This document shows, piece after piece, positions 8,988 to 17,365 of a DNA stretch of 27,457 nt. A program made the translations under genes and the position numbers. The stretch spans positions 1-27,457 of the forward strand of contig JBDKRC010000109.1 in assembly GCA_039683575.1 (NCBI GenBank), read 5' to 3'. The notes under the pieces are model-generated. The model did no database searches. It saw nothing but the letters and a program-made list of their open reading frames with translations, and was not told the origin of the DNA. Every line of letters begins with the position of its first letter. Position 1 is the stretch's first letter. Source of the stretch: Armatimonadia bacterium. Its GTDB lineage: Bacteria > Armatimonadota > Zipacnadia > Zipacnadales > UBA11051.

Positions 8988-11144
8988 GTGTCTTCCGTGC
9001 TCCCGGATCCCGCGCATGCCCATGGCGACCCAACTCCACACGAACCGCACGCTCTGGCCAAGCCCTACCATGCCGCCACGCTGCGCGCCATCGTTGTTGC
9101 CATCATCCTCTCTCTTCTGATCAGTGCCTGGACCAAGCAGGCCGAGTTGGTGACGCTCACCAGCCAGATCTCCGAGAGCACCCCGCCTATCGCCTCCATC
9201 CTCGCCCTTTTCCTGCTCATCGGCTTCGGAGGCCTGTGCCACCGCATCGCCGACCGCTGCACCCACGGAGACTCCTGCAGCGCCCTGGGCCGCCTCGCCA
9301 AGCGCCTGCGCTTTTCCCCCGGCGAAATCCTCGTGGTCTTCATCTTCCTCGCCATCACCGCCGCCATGCCCGGCGTCGGCCTGTTCCGGCAGGTCATGCC
9401 GTGCCTGATGGTCACGCAGTATTTTGGGATGCCGACCAATCATCTCACCGAGATGTCCCAGGACATCCCCTGGCAATGGGCCCCGACCGATACCGAAGTC
9501 GCCCGCGTCTTCTGGGAGGGGGGCGACGCTAACCCGCCCACCCTCGGTATGGAGAACGTGCCCATCGTAGGCCCGGTGATCGAAAGCGCCTACCGCTTCC
9601 TGGCCGGTCCGAGCCTGATCCCCTGGCGCATCTGGCTCGTGCCGTTCCTGCTCTGGAGCGGCTATCTGAGCGCCTATTTCGTCACCGCCTTCTGCCTCAT
9701 CACCCTCTTCCGCCGCTCCTGGGAGGAGGATGAGCGTCTCACCTTCCCTGTCTCCAGCTTCGCGGTCGAGATGATCCGCCCCGAGGGCAGCCTGCTCTCA
9801 GGCATTAGCTTCTTCCGTGACCCGGTCATGTGGATCGGCTTTGGCCTCGCGATTCTCTACAATGGTATGAACGCCATGAAGGTGTTCAATCCCGCTATCC
9901 CGGCGCTTGGCATCTCCTACCCTCTGGCCTCGCTCTTTACCGAATCCCCCTGGGACACCATGCGCGGCCTCTCGATCTTCTACAAGCCCGAGATTCTCGG
10001 CCTCGGCTACCTCGTACCCTCTGATGTGCTCTTCTCCTGCTGGTTCTTCAGCCTCATGGCCTGGTTGGTGCGTCCCTTCGCGAAAATGGTGGGCTACCAG
10101 CCCCCTGGCTTCCCGTTCATGACCCAGCAGGCCATGGGCGCCTTCATCCTGCTCGGCATCTACTTCCTCTACCAGGGCCGGAACCGCCTGATGCAGATCG
10201 CCCGCCGCGCCGTCTCCAATGAGCCCCTCCCCGGCGAAGACCAGGAGCCCCTGAACTTCAAGCTCGCCTTCTGGGCCGCCGTGGTTGGCATCTTCGTCAT
10301 CATCACGATGCCGATCATGTTCGGCGTGGTCTGGTGGATGTCGGCGATGTACTTCGGCCTGATGCTCATCGTCCTGCTGGTCTACTGCCGCAACCGCGCC
10401 GAAATGGGCTTTCCCATCGTCTGGGGCTACCCGCTCTACGAGCAGCGCCCGTTCATGGTCAACTTCCTCGGCACCCAGCGCCTCCTGCCCGGCGGAGACA
10501 GCCAGTCCCTGACCCTCCTGACCATGTTCTCGTGGCTGCAGCGCAGTGTGAACCAGGCAATCACCAGCATCGGCGTTGAGGGCTATGTGGCGGCCTCCCG
10601 CCTCGGCCAGAGCCGCCGCACGCTTGCCAAAGTGGTCATCGCCGCCCTGATCTTCGGCCTCATTACCGCCTTCCTGGTCAACCTCTCCTCGTATTATGAG
10701 TATGGCGGGCTCGTCCTCTCCAGCCCCGGCGGCACCGAGGGCGGACAGATGACCCAGGAGGTCCTCAGCCAGTTCACGGCCATCTCGCAATGGCTCGACA
10801 AGCCCGAGGACCCCAATCAGCGCAAAATGGCCTACACAATCGTTGGCGGCGTGATGGCCCTGGGCATGATCCTCGGCCGGCGCGCCTCCGTGCGCTTCCC
10901 CTTCCACGCCGGCGCCTACGCCCTGTCGCTCTGCCACGGGTCCTCGTTCATCTGGTTCCCGTGCTTCCTCTTGTGGATAATCAAGTCCGCGGTGCTGCAT
11001 CTGGGCGGCATCAAGCTCTACCGCCGCATCGCCCCCGGCTTCCTGGCCTTTACCCTCGGCCATTTCTTCGCCACAGGCATCTGGAGCCTCGTCGGCCTGC
11101 TGGCCGGTGAATGGGTCAAGCGCTACATCGTCTGGTTCCTGTAA
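8988..11144 (+). CDS. Large polytopic membrane protein, DUF6785/DUF6784-type (putative OPT-like transporter)
   Basis: GTG 8988 with GAGGTG SD is preferred over 8919. Many TM helices; RRSWEEDERLTFP and C-terminal RFPFHAGAY...IIKSAVLHLGGIKLYRRIAPGFLAFTLG. Confidence 0.75.
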   Translation: MSSVLPDPAHAHGDPTPHEPHALAKPYHAATLRAIVVAIILSLLISAWTKQAELVTLTSQISESTPPIASILALFLLIGFGGLCHRIADRCTHGDSCSALGRLAKRLRFSPGEILVVFIFLAITAAMPGVGLFRQVMPCLMVTQYFGMPTNHLTEMSQDIPWQWAPTDTEVARVFWEGGDANPPTLGMENVPIVGPVIESAYRFLAGPSLIPWRIWLVPFLLWSGYLSAYFVTAFCLITLFRRSWEEDERLTFPVSSFAVEMIRPEGSLLSGISFFRDPVMWIGFGLAILYNGMNAMKVFNPAIPALGISYPLASLFTESPWDTMRGLSIFYKPEILGLGYLVPSDVLFSCWFFSLMAWLVRPFAKMVGYQPPGFPFMTQQAMGAFILLGIYFLYQGRNRLMQIARRAVSNEPLPGEDQEPLNFKLAFWAAVVGIFVIITMPIMFGVVWWMSAMYFGLMLIVLLVYCRNRAEMGFPIVWGYPLYEQRPFMVNFLGTQRLLPGGDSQSLTLLTMFSWLQRSVNQAITSIGVEGYVAASRLGQSRRTLAKVVIAALIFGLITAFLVNLSSYYEYGGLVLSSPGGTEGGQMTQEVLSQFTAISQWLDKPEDPNQRKMAYTIVGGVMALGMILGRRASVRFPFHAGAYALSLCHGSSFIWFPCFLLWIIKSAVLHLGGIKLYRRIAPGFLAFTLGHFFATGIWSLVGLLAGEWVKRYIVWFL

Positions 11145-11153
11145 CCCATCCGC

Positions 11154-11178
11154 GTAGGCCGGTTCGTCTCGAACCGAC
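11154..11178 (+). repeat. GTAG-tagged REP (GGTTCGTCTCGAACC subtype)
   Basis: GTAGGCCGGTTCGTCTCGAACCGAC, 9 nt after the stop codon. Confidence 0.8.
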
Positions 11179-11210
11179 GCCCGACCCCACACCCCCATGC
11201 ACCACGAAGA

Positions 11211-11243
11211 AAAACGCCTTCCCTCATCGAGGGAAGGCGTTTT
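11211..11243. terminator. Bidirectional intrinsic terminator between convergent genes
   Basis: AAAACGCCTTCCCTC-ATC-GAGGGAAGGCGTTTT: a perfect 15-bp stem with A/T tails on both sides. Confidence 0.85.
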
Positions 11244-11272
11244 GACTTCCTGTCCTGTGTTATCCGGAGGCT

Positions 11273-11956
11273 CTACCACACGTTGGAGAAGACTTCCAGA
11301 GGCGGGTGGATCGAGTAGGATGTCGAATTCGGAGCTACCCAGCTACCGCCGATGGCGCCTGCCTGGAACCGGGCCCACTTGGCATGTCCGTCAACGAACG
11401 TCATGTTGCCACCCTCGTTGTGGGGCATGGCGCAGGCGTAGTACTGGCCGTTGAGAACATACTGGTCGCCGCCGCCGTTGCCCTCTTCAGTCATCATCAG
11501 GCTTTCGGCCGGGCGGGCGAACTGGCCCAGGCTCAGGTTGGTGGCGAAATAGGGTACTACCGTGCCAGACGAGTTCATGGCGTTGTACGGCAGGGCATAG
11601 TTGATGCCGCAGTTCAGATAGGTGTTGCTCGGGCATCTGAAGACCTGGCCGTTCTTGACGTACGGCAGGATGCGCGTGGCCCAGCCATGCTGGTTCGTGC
11701 CATCAGCGCGCAGGTTGAAGCTGCCGAGAGCCGCGTCCGTGAACAGCGGGGCACCGCCGATCGCCGGGAACATCTCATCATAGTCCTGCGCGTAGGAAAT
11801 CATGCCAAGGCCCAACTGCTTGAGATTGCTCAGACAGGACGACTGCCGGGCCTTCTCGCGGGCTTTGGCGAACACCGGGAACAGGATTGCCGCCAGAATC
11901 GCGATGATCGCAATCACGACCAACAACTCAATTAGCGTGAAACCGCGTCGGGACAT
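11273..11956 (-). CDS. Prepilin-type N-terminal cleavage/methylation protein (DUF1559-like, H-X9-DG)
   Basis: [77 protein letters not shown]. Confidence 0.93.
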   Translation of the reverse strand: MSRRGFTLIELLVVIAIIAILAAILFPVFAKAREKARQSSCLSNLKQLGLGMISYAQDYDEMFPAIGGAPLFTDAALGSFNLRADGTNQHGWATRILPYVKNGQVFRCPSNTYLNCGINYALPYNAMNSSGTVVPYFATNLSLGQFARPAESLMMTEEGNGGGDQYVLNGQYYACAMPHNEGGNMTFVDGHAKWARFQAGAIGGSWVAPNSTSYSIHPPLEVFSNVW

Positions 11957-12087
11957 ACTCCATCTCCTTCACAAAATATACACTGAAGAACAACACACAG
12001 ACCCAAAATGGTCCAGGAAACGACAACTATACCCGACAATCCCCCAGTTTGAAACCCCTAAAAATCGTCACCGCCTTCGCCCCTTGC

Positions 12088-12115
12088 GGAGGTAATGGCA
12101 TCTGAATGCACGAAC
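12088..12115 (+). promoter_or_regulatory. Sigma-H-like promoter (GGAGGT-N18-GAAC)
   Basis: AGGT 12090-12093, 18 nt, GAA at 12112, 38 nt before the ATG at 12150. Confidence 0.55.
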
Positions 12116-12149
12116 TCTGCCCTATACACCCCAACCCGGAGCCTCCATC

Positions 12150-13085
12150 ATGCTCTATCGTCGCCTCGGCCGCACCGGCCTGCAAATCTCCGAACTCGGC
12201 TATGGAGCCGCCCGAGGCTACCAGGACGGTAGCCTCCAGACCACCGTCGCCGCCGCCCTCGATGCCGGCCTCAACTTCTTCGACACCGCCGGGGGCTATG
12301 GCGACTCCGAGCTGGCTCTGGGAGAGGTCCTAGAGGGCCGCGAAGACGTCATCATCGAGACGAAATACTGCCCCTACCAGACCTACGCCGTCGGCGCGCC
12401 CTACGTCGGCACCCCCGAGGCCCTCGTCGCCTCCGCCGAAGAGAGCCTCCGCCGCCTGCGCCGCGACTACCTCGACGTCCTCCTCGGCCACGGCATGCGC
12501 ACCATCGAATCCTTCGACCGCTTCATGTCCGACGGCTCGTATGACGCCATGGTCAAGCTCCGCGACCAGGGCAAGGTCCGCTTCATCGGCATCAGCGAGC
12601 TATCCGAAGGTGATGGCACCCACGAGGTGCTCCAGCACGCCATACCCACCGGCGCGTTCGACGTGGTCATGCTGACTCTGAATCTCCTGCTGCAGACTGC
12701 CGCCGACCGCGTGCTCCCGCTGTGTGCGAAGCACGACGTCGGCGTCGCCACCATGATGCCTCTCAACCAGCCCTCGCCCGTCTGCGGCCTCATCAGCCTT
12801 CCCGCCGCCCTCGAAGCTGTGCGGCGCTACGTGGAGCACGGCGACCTCCCCGCCGAGCCCCCATACACCGAGGAGACCATCTTCGACTTCTTGCAGCCTC
12901 ATTCCATACCCGAAGCAGCCATCCGTTTCGTGCTCAGCCACCCGGTAACTACCTGCTGTGTCGGCATGCGCTCCCCGCAGCGTCTGCAGGAGAACCTGCA
13001 AGCCGCCCAGCCGCCGTATCTCAGCGAGAAGCAGCTATCCCACCTGCGCGAACTCTTCGGCAGCATCCGCTGGCAAGTACGCTAA
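12150..13085 (+). CDS. Aldo/keto reductase
   Basis: YRRLGRTGLQISELGYG, FFDTAGGYGDSE, IETK, ESLRRLRRDYLDVLLGH (D/Y/K/H tetrad), GKVRFIGIS. Confidence 0.95.
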   Translation: MLYRRLGRTGLQISELGYGAARGYQDGSLQTTVAAALDAGLNFFDTAGGYGDSELALGEVLEGREDVIIETKYCPYQTYAVGAPYVGTPEALVASAEESLRRLRRDYLDVLLGHGMRTIESFDRFMSDGSYDAMVKLRDQGKVRFIGISELSEGDGTHEVLQHAIPTGAFDVVMLTLNLLLQTAADRVLPLCAKHDVGVATMMPLNQPSPVCGLISLPAALEAVRRYVEHGDLPAEPPYTEETIFDFLQPHSIPEAAIRFVLSHPVTTCCVGMRSPQRLQENLQAAQPPYLSEKQLSHLRELFGSIRWQVR

Positions 13086-13092
13086 CAAACGC

Positions 13093-13117
13093 GTAGGCGG
13101 GTTCGTCTCGAACCCGC
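13093..13117 (+). repeat. GTAG-tagged REP inside a probable operon spacer
   Basis: GTAGGCGGGTTCGTCTCGAACCCGC lies between the AKR stop and the AGGAG SD of the next gene. Confidence 0.8.
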
Positions 13118-13135
13118 GCCTCCAGGAGACCACCA

Positions 13136-14107
13136 ATGAAAATCCTCCAGATCACCGCCCCTGGCCAATCCACCATCGTGGACGTGCCGATCCCCGAGCC
13201 CAAAGCGGGCGAGGTCCTCGTCCGCGTCGAGGCCATCAGCACCTGCGTCCAGTGGGACCTGCACTGCCGCCACAACGAGCCGATGATCCTCGGCCACCAG
13301 TTCAAGTACCCCTACACCCCCGGGCGCCCCGGCCACGAGGCCACCGGCACCGTCGAGGCGGTCGGCCCCGGCGTCACCAACGTCGCCGTCGGCGACCGCG
13401 TCAGCGCCTGGCGCGACCGCTCGGAGGACGTCGTGGGCGCCTACGCACAGTTCTACCTCAACCCTGCTCCCAACGTCATCCGCGTCCCCGAGGGCCTGCC
13501 GCCCCAGGCCACCGCTCCCGTGGAAATGGCGATGTGCGTCGCGACCGTCTTCCGGATGCTTCGCGACATGAACGCCATCGCGGGCCGCTGCTTTGGCATC
13601 ACCGGGCTCGGCCCCGCCGGGCTCATGGCCCTGCAGATGGCTCGCGCCGAGGGTGCCTCCGAAGTCTTCGGCTTCGATCCGCTGCCCGAGCGACGCGAAC
13701 TGGCCCTCAGCCTCGGCGCCGACGCCTGCTTTGACTCCACCGCCGACCTCTCCGCCGAATTCCCCGCCCGCCCGCGCGCCCCGCGGCTGCAGACGACCGT
13801 GGACTGCGTCGGCGCCCGGCGCACCGTCGAGTTCTCCATGGATCACACCCAGGACGTTGTCGCCCTGTTCGGCGTGCAGCGCGAAGATTACACCTACGCC
13901 CACCGCCACGGCCGCCTGACGCTCTGCGGCTACAAAGGCCACTCCTGGGAATCCGCCCAGTACGCCGTGAACCTGATCGAGCAGGGCAAGCTCAACCTCG
14001 CCCCCATCATCACCCACAACCTCCCGCTGGAGCGCTACGACGAAGGCATAGCCCTCCTCGAGCGGCGCGAGGCCGTCAAAGTCTGTTTCTTCCCCTGGGA
14101 AGATTGA
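13136..14107 (+). CDS. Zinc-binding (MDR) alcohol/sugar dehydrogenase
   Basis: EVLVRV..ISTC, GHEATGTVEAVG..V..VAVGDRV, GLGPAG NAD-binding motif, ITHNLPL...VKV; lacks the 4-Cys structural-zinc lobe. Confidence 0.93.
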   Translation: MKILQITAPGQSTIVDVPIPEPKAGEVLVRVEAISTCVQWDLHCRHNEPMILGHQFKYPYTPGRPGHEATGTVEAVGPGVTNVAVGDRVSAWRDRSEDVVGAYAQFYLNPAPNVIRVPEGLPPQATAPVEMAMCVATVFRMLRDMNAIAGRCFGITGLGPAGLMALQMARAEGASEVFGFDPLPERRELALSLGADACFDSTADLSAEFPARPRAPRLQTTVDCVGARRTVEFSMDHTQDVVALFGVQREDYTYAHRHGRLTLCGYKGHSWESAQYAVNLIEQGKLNLAPIITHNLPLERYDEGIALLERREAVKVCFFPWED

Positions 14108-14129
14108 CCGCGCCGCCAGCCATTCGGGT

Positions 14130-14156
14130 TGTCATCCTGAACGAAGTGAAGGATCT
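14130..14156 (+). repeat. GTCATCCTGA...GAAGGATCT palindromic REP-like element (CGTC/TGTC-type)
   Basis: TGTCATCCTGAACGAAGTGAAGGATCT just downstream of a stop. Resembles the widespread GTCATCCTGAGCGAAGCGAAGGATCT repeat; single copy in this window. Confidence 0.6.
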
Positions 14157-14284
14157 CTCCTGCCTTCCAGCCTGCCCGGCCGCCTGCCCTCTCGCCCCTC
14201 CCCAAAATACTTCTCTCCCCACCGGGAAGAAAACCCCGCCTCAAGTGATTGATCATGTAGCACTGCTGCATTGCGAACTACCCC

Positions 14285-14313
14285 TTGACAAATACTACGG
14301 GCAGTAGTACATT
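14285..14313 (+). promoter_or_regulatory. Sigma70-type promoter with an inverted repeat in the spacer
   Basis: TTGACA(14285-14290)-17 nt-TACATT(14308-14313); TACTAC-N5-GTAGTA at 14293-14309. Confidence 0.65.
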
Positions 14314-14376
14314 GAAGGAGTATCGCGATAGCTTCACCTGCCACCGCAACTATTCTGCACGTAGAAGGTGATCTCA

Positions 14377-15828
14377 ATGAAACGTATGGTGTGGTTGGCA
14401 ACCATTCTCAGTCTCCTGATGATCGCGAGCCTCGCCTACGCCGGGGGCAAGGGTAGCAGGGGCGGCGATAGCTCCGGCTCCTCAGCCAAATACGAGTCCT
14501 CCGGCAAGCAGCACTCGGATTCCGGCTCCAGCCAGTCCGTGAAGTCCAGTTCCGAGTCCAAGCCCAGCCACTCGTCCTCGTCGAGTCGCGAGTCCAAGCC
14601 CAGCTACTCGCCTTCGTCGGGCAGCGAATCCAGGCCGAGCTACTCATCAAAGCCCAGCCCCAGCTATCAGCCAAAGCCCAGTTCTCAGGGCAGCTACAGC
14701 TACGGGCCCAAGGATTATTCCCCCAGGCCCGCTAACGGGCCCACCTACGACTACCAACCGAAGCCCGGTGGCACCACCTACAACTACGGTGGCGTGCAGC
14801 CGCGCACCAAGTACGAAGCCCCGGTGAAGCCTCAGAGCTACGGCTCGGGCCAGACCTACACGCCGCAGAAGTCTGACGGCCCGCAGTTCCGGGACTCCCA
14901 GAAGACGCAGCCGCAGTACTCCTCCTCCGAGCCGAGCCGTGTGCCGCAGAAGTCCGACGGCCCGCAGTTCCGGGACTCTCAGAAGACGCAGCCGCAGTAC
15001 TCCTCCTCCGAGCCCGGCCGTGTGCCGCAAAAGTCTGACGGCCCACAGTTCCGAGACTCCCAAAAGACGCGCCCAGAGTACTCCTACGGCAAGGTTCCCC
15101 CTGCCAATGGCGGCTCCGGGCCTTCCGGCGGCCACTCTGGCGCCGTCCTGAACAATGACGGCCGACAGCAGGGCTTCCATCCCGGCGACACCGCCGTCCT
15201 CAACGACGGCCACCAGTACCAGTCGCCCAACCGCGATGAAGCCAAGCTGGACCACAACCCCAATGACGGCAACCACAACTATGGCCCCGGCGGTGGTCAT
15301 CACGACTATGGCTACGGCGGCGGTCACCACGATGACCATGACTACGATCACGACCACTACATCTACGAACACGGTCATGCCCGGCACCACTGCAACTCCA
15401 GTTGCCACTGGTGGCGCCCGCTGTTCACCTTCTCCTACTCCTATGCCTACCCGGTCTATGTCGAGGTGCCCGTGCCGGTCTACTACGGCCGCGAGCGCCC
15501 CTATGACTGGAGCTATATCGACGACTGCGAAATCTACGCCGCTGACGGCGCCTACCTTGGCTTCTTCGCCCGCGACTACTATCGCGAGGACTCGATCGCC
15601 AATCCCGAAGGCCCCTTCGGCAGCCGCTGGTCCGCTACCAGCATCTTCAACTCCGAGTGCGCCTACGGCGATGCCAACAGCGCGCTCAGCCCCTGGAACC
15701 CCTACACCAGCACGCCCCCGCGGCTCTTCTACCGCGGTACGTTCCGGGGTTATCTGACCGTCAACACCAGCCTCCAACCCCGGGTCGATCCCCGCTGGGT
15801 AGTCGACGGTTACCTCTACAACAACTAG
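14377..15828 (+). CDS. Secreted low-complexity protein: S/P/Y/Q-rich region, 27-aa tandem repeat, His/Asp-rich segment, compact C-terminal domain
   Basis: AAGGTG SD and signal peptide MKRMVWLATILSLLMIASLAYA. C-terminal DGAYLG...DSIANPEGPFGS.WSATSIFN...YG..NSALSPWNPY..TPP...GYLTVN. Confidence 0.8.
   Translation: MKRMVWLATILSLLMIASLAYAGGKGSRGGDSSGSSAKYESSGKQHSDSGSSQSVKSSSESKPSHSSSSSRESKPSYSPSSGSESRPSYSSKPSPSYQPKPSSQGSYSYGPKDYSPRPANGPTYDYQPKPGGTTYNYGGVQPRTKYEAPVKPQSYGSGQTYTPQKSDGPQFRDSQKTQPQYSSSEPSRVPQKSDGPQFRDSQKTQPQYSSSEPGRVPQKSDGPQFRDSQKTRPEYSYGKVPPANGGSGPSGGHSGAVLNNDGRQQGFHPGDTAVLNDGHQYQSPNRDEAKLDHNPNDGNHNYGPGGGHHDYGYGGGHHDDHDYDHDHYIYEHGHARHHCNSSCHWWRPLFTFSYSYAYPVYVEVPVPVYYGRERPYDWSYIDDCEIYAADGAYLGFFARDYYREDSIANPEGPFGSRWSATSIFNSECAYGDANSALSPWNPYTSTPPRLFYRGTFRGYLTVNTSLQPRVDPRWVVDGYLYNN
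14863..15084 (+). repeat. In-frame 81-bp tandem repeat, ~2.7 copies
   Basis: Units start at 14863, 14944 and 15025, encoding PQKSDGPQFRDSQKTQPQYSSSEP(S/G)RV. Confidence 0.95.
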
Positions 15829-15853
15829 CACAGGCTCTCTCCCCGGCCTGTCA

Positions 15854-15896
15854 GAATCAGATCGGCGTGGCCTACCCGGCCACGCCGATCTGATTC
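15854..15896. repeat. Perfect 19-bp inverted repeat (hairpin, possible terminator or stabiliser)
   Basis: GAATCAGATCGGCGTGGCC-TACCC-GGCCACGCCGATCTGATTC; no U-tract. Confidence 0.75.
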
Positions 15897-15900
15897 CCCC

Positions 15901-15929
15901 GCAGGAATCCCGCGCTACTGCGACGAATA
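15901..15929 (+). promoter_or_regulatory. Sigma-H-like promoter (GCAGGAAT...GACGAATA)
   Basis: AGGA 15903-15906, 18 nt, GAAT 15925-15928, 51 nt before the GTG at 15976; the best match to the sigma-H consensus. Confidence 0.65.
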
Positions 15930-15975
15930 ACAACCATGGAAGGGGCGGTTGGGAGCGTTTCAGGGAGGGACCCGC

Positions 15976-17001
15976 GTGAGTTTCAACTTCAGCCTCGGCA
16001 ACAGTGGCGGCGTCAGCGCCGGCACCGGCGGTTGCGCTGGGTGCAGCACCGGCTGCGGCGCCATCTTCGGCCTGCTCTTCGGCCTCCTGCTCGTACCAGC
16101 GGGCTTCTACATGGTCTACTATGGCGAGGCCAAGCTCGTTAACCACGGAGTCGTCTTCGCCCGCACCGCCATGCTCCCCGTCGAAGCCGCTGCCAAGGTC
16201 AAGGAGGGCTTGGTCAAGTTCAGAGGCCAGCCCAAAGGCGAATTCCTGCGCGTCCCCCGCTATGACAAGCCGGTCCTCTACTGGGATACCGACATCGAGG
16301 AGTACCAGGAGAAGCGGGATTCCGACGGCGATAGGACGCACAGTTGGGAGAGTGTCGGCGGCGAGACCAAGTGGGCTGCCTTCACAATCGGCCCCCTGAA
16401 GATCAACCCCGAGAAAGCCAAGCCCATTGGGCAGAAGATGGTCTTCAAGGGTGTCAAAAAGCGCAATGCCGCGACCTTCGACCCCGCTGTCAGCGACAGC
16501 AGCCCTGCTGTGGGAGACCGGCGACTGGAGCTGCGCGTGATTGACGCCAACAGCCCTCTGATTGTCCTCGGCGACCCCGACGGCAAGACCTGCTGCGGAG
16601 GCTCCACCTTCGTCGTCAGCGCCCTCGACGAGGCAGGCACAGAGAAGGCCCTGCGCACCGAGTACAAGATATTCTACTGGATGCTCAAGATCGGTGCCGG
16701 TCTCGCCATCTGGCTCGGCTTGATCGCCATCTTCGCCCCGTTGACCGGTCTGCTCGGCGGAATGCCCCTCGTGGGCGGCTCTCTCGGTGCGGCCTTTGCC
16801 TTCGGCGCCTTCGTCTTCAGCGCCCTGATGGTCGCGGTAGCCACCTTTGCCCTGAAGTTCTTCTGGCTGGTGGCCATCCTGGCAGCCCTGGCGCTCGTCG
16901 TAGTGGTCGCCGTCGGCATCGGCATGTCACGCAAGAGAGCGGCGGCCGCACCGTCAGCGCAGATACCAACAGTCCTGCCTCCGCCCCCGCCGGCGCAGTA
17001 G
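15976..17001 (+). CDS. TMEM43 (DUF1625)-like membrane protein
   Basis: GTG with GGGAGGGA SD. One N-terminal TM ending ...YYGE, a large soluble loop, then WMLKIGAGLAIWLGLIAIFAPL..LLGGMPLVG and further TMs, which is the TMEM43 topology. Cys/Gly-rich N-terminus and Pro-rich tail. Confidence 0.6.
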   Translation: MSFNFSLGNSGGVSAGTGGCAGCSTGCGAIFGLLFGLLLVPAGFYMVYYGEAKLVNHGVVFARTAMLPVEAAAKVKEGLVKFRGQPKGEFLRVPRYDKPVLYWDTDIEEYQEKRDSDGDRTHSWESVGGETKWAAFTIGPLKINPEKAKPIGQKMVFKGVKKRNAATFDPAVSDSSPAVGDRRLELRVIDANSPLIVLGDPDGKTCCGGSTFVVSALDEAGTEKALRTEYKIFYWMLKIGAGLAIWLGLIAIFAPLTGLLGGMPLVGGSLGAAFAFGAFVFSALMVAVATFALKFFWLVAILAALALVVVVAVGIGMSRKRAAAAPSAQIPTVLPPPPPAQ

Positions 17002-17063
17002 CAGAACGAGCGGAGGGCGCTGGGGGAGCGGGCACGGTTCGTAAAATGTACACCTCAATGCGC

Positions 17064-17125
17064 GTAGGTCGGTTCATCCCTGAACCGACGCGGGGTGGGA
17101 GTGGGTTCGAGACGAACCCACCTAC
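17064..17125. repeat. Inverted pair of GTAG-tagged REPs
   Basis: GTAGGTCGGTTCATCCCTGAACCGAC (17064-17089) and GTGGGTTCGAGACGAACCCACCTAC (17101-17125). Confidence 0.8.
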
Positions 17126-17365
17126 TCCGGCAAACGGGCTCAGAAGTCTCAGCCACGGCTCAATCCGCGCCGTCCGCTTTACCTGCTCTTGATGCTCTGT
17201 TTGACCATTCCTTAGGAAAACGTGGTATGATATCCGCGCCGGGGAGCGTGCCTGACGGCCTCACTGCCCCGAATACCAAGCTCCGGCCTGTTGGCACTGC
17301 GAGCGCCATTTGGCCGCCTCGTATCATGCCCAGGCTATCCGCAGCCTGAGAGAGGCGATAGGACC

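Noticed and set aside
14863-15084. 81-bp repeat as a CRISPR or non-coding array
   Set aside because: Contiguous, in frame, no unique spacers, and differences are mostly synonymous, so it is a protein repeat.
17095-17125. GGTTCGA as a tRNA T-loop
   Set aside because: It is part of a REP palindrome; no cloverleaf, anticodon arm or CCA end.
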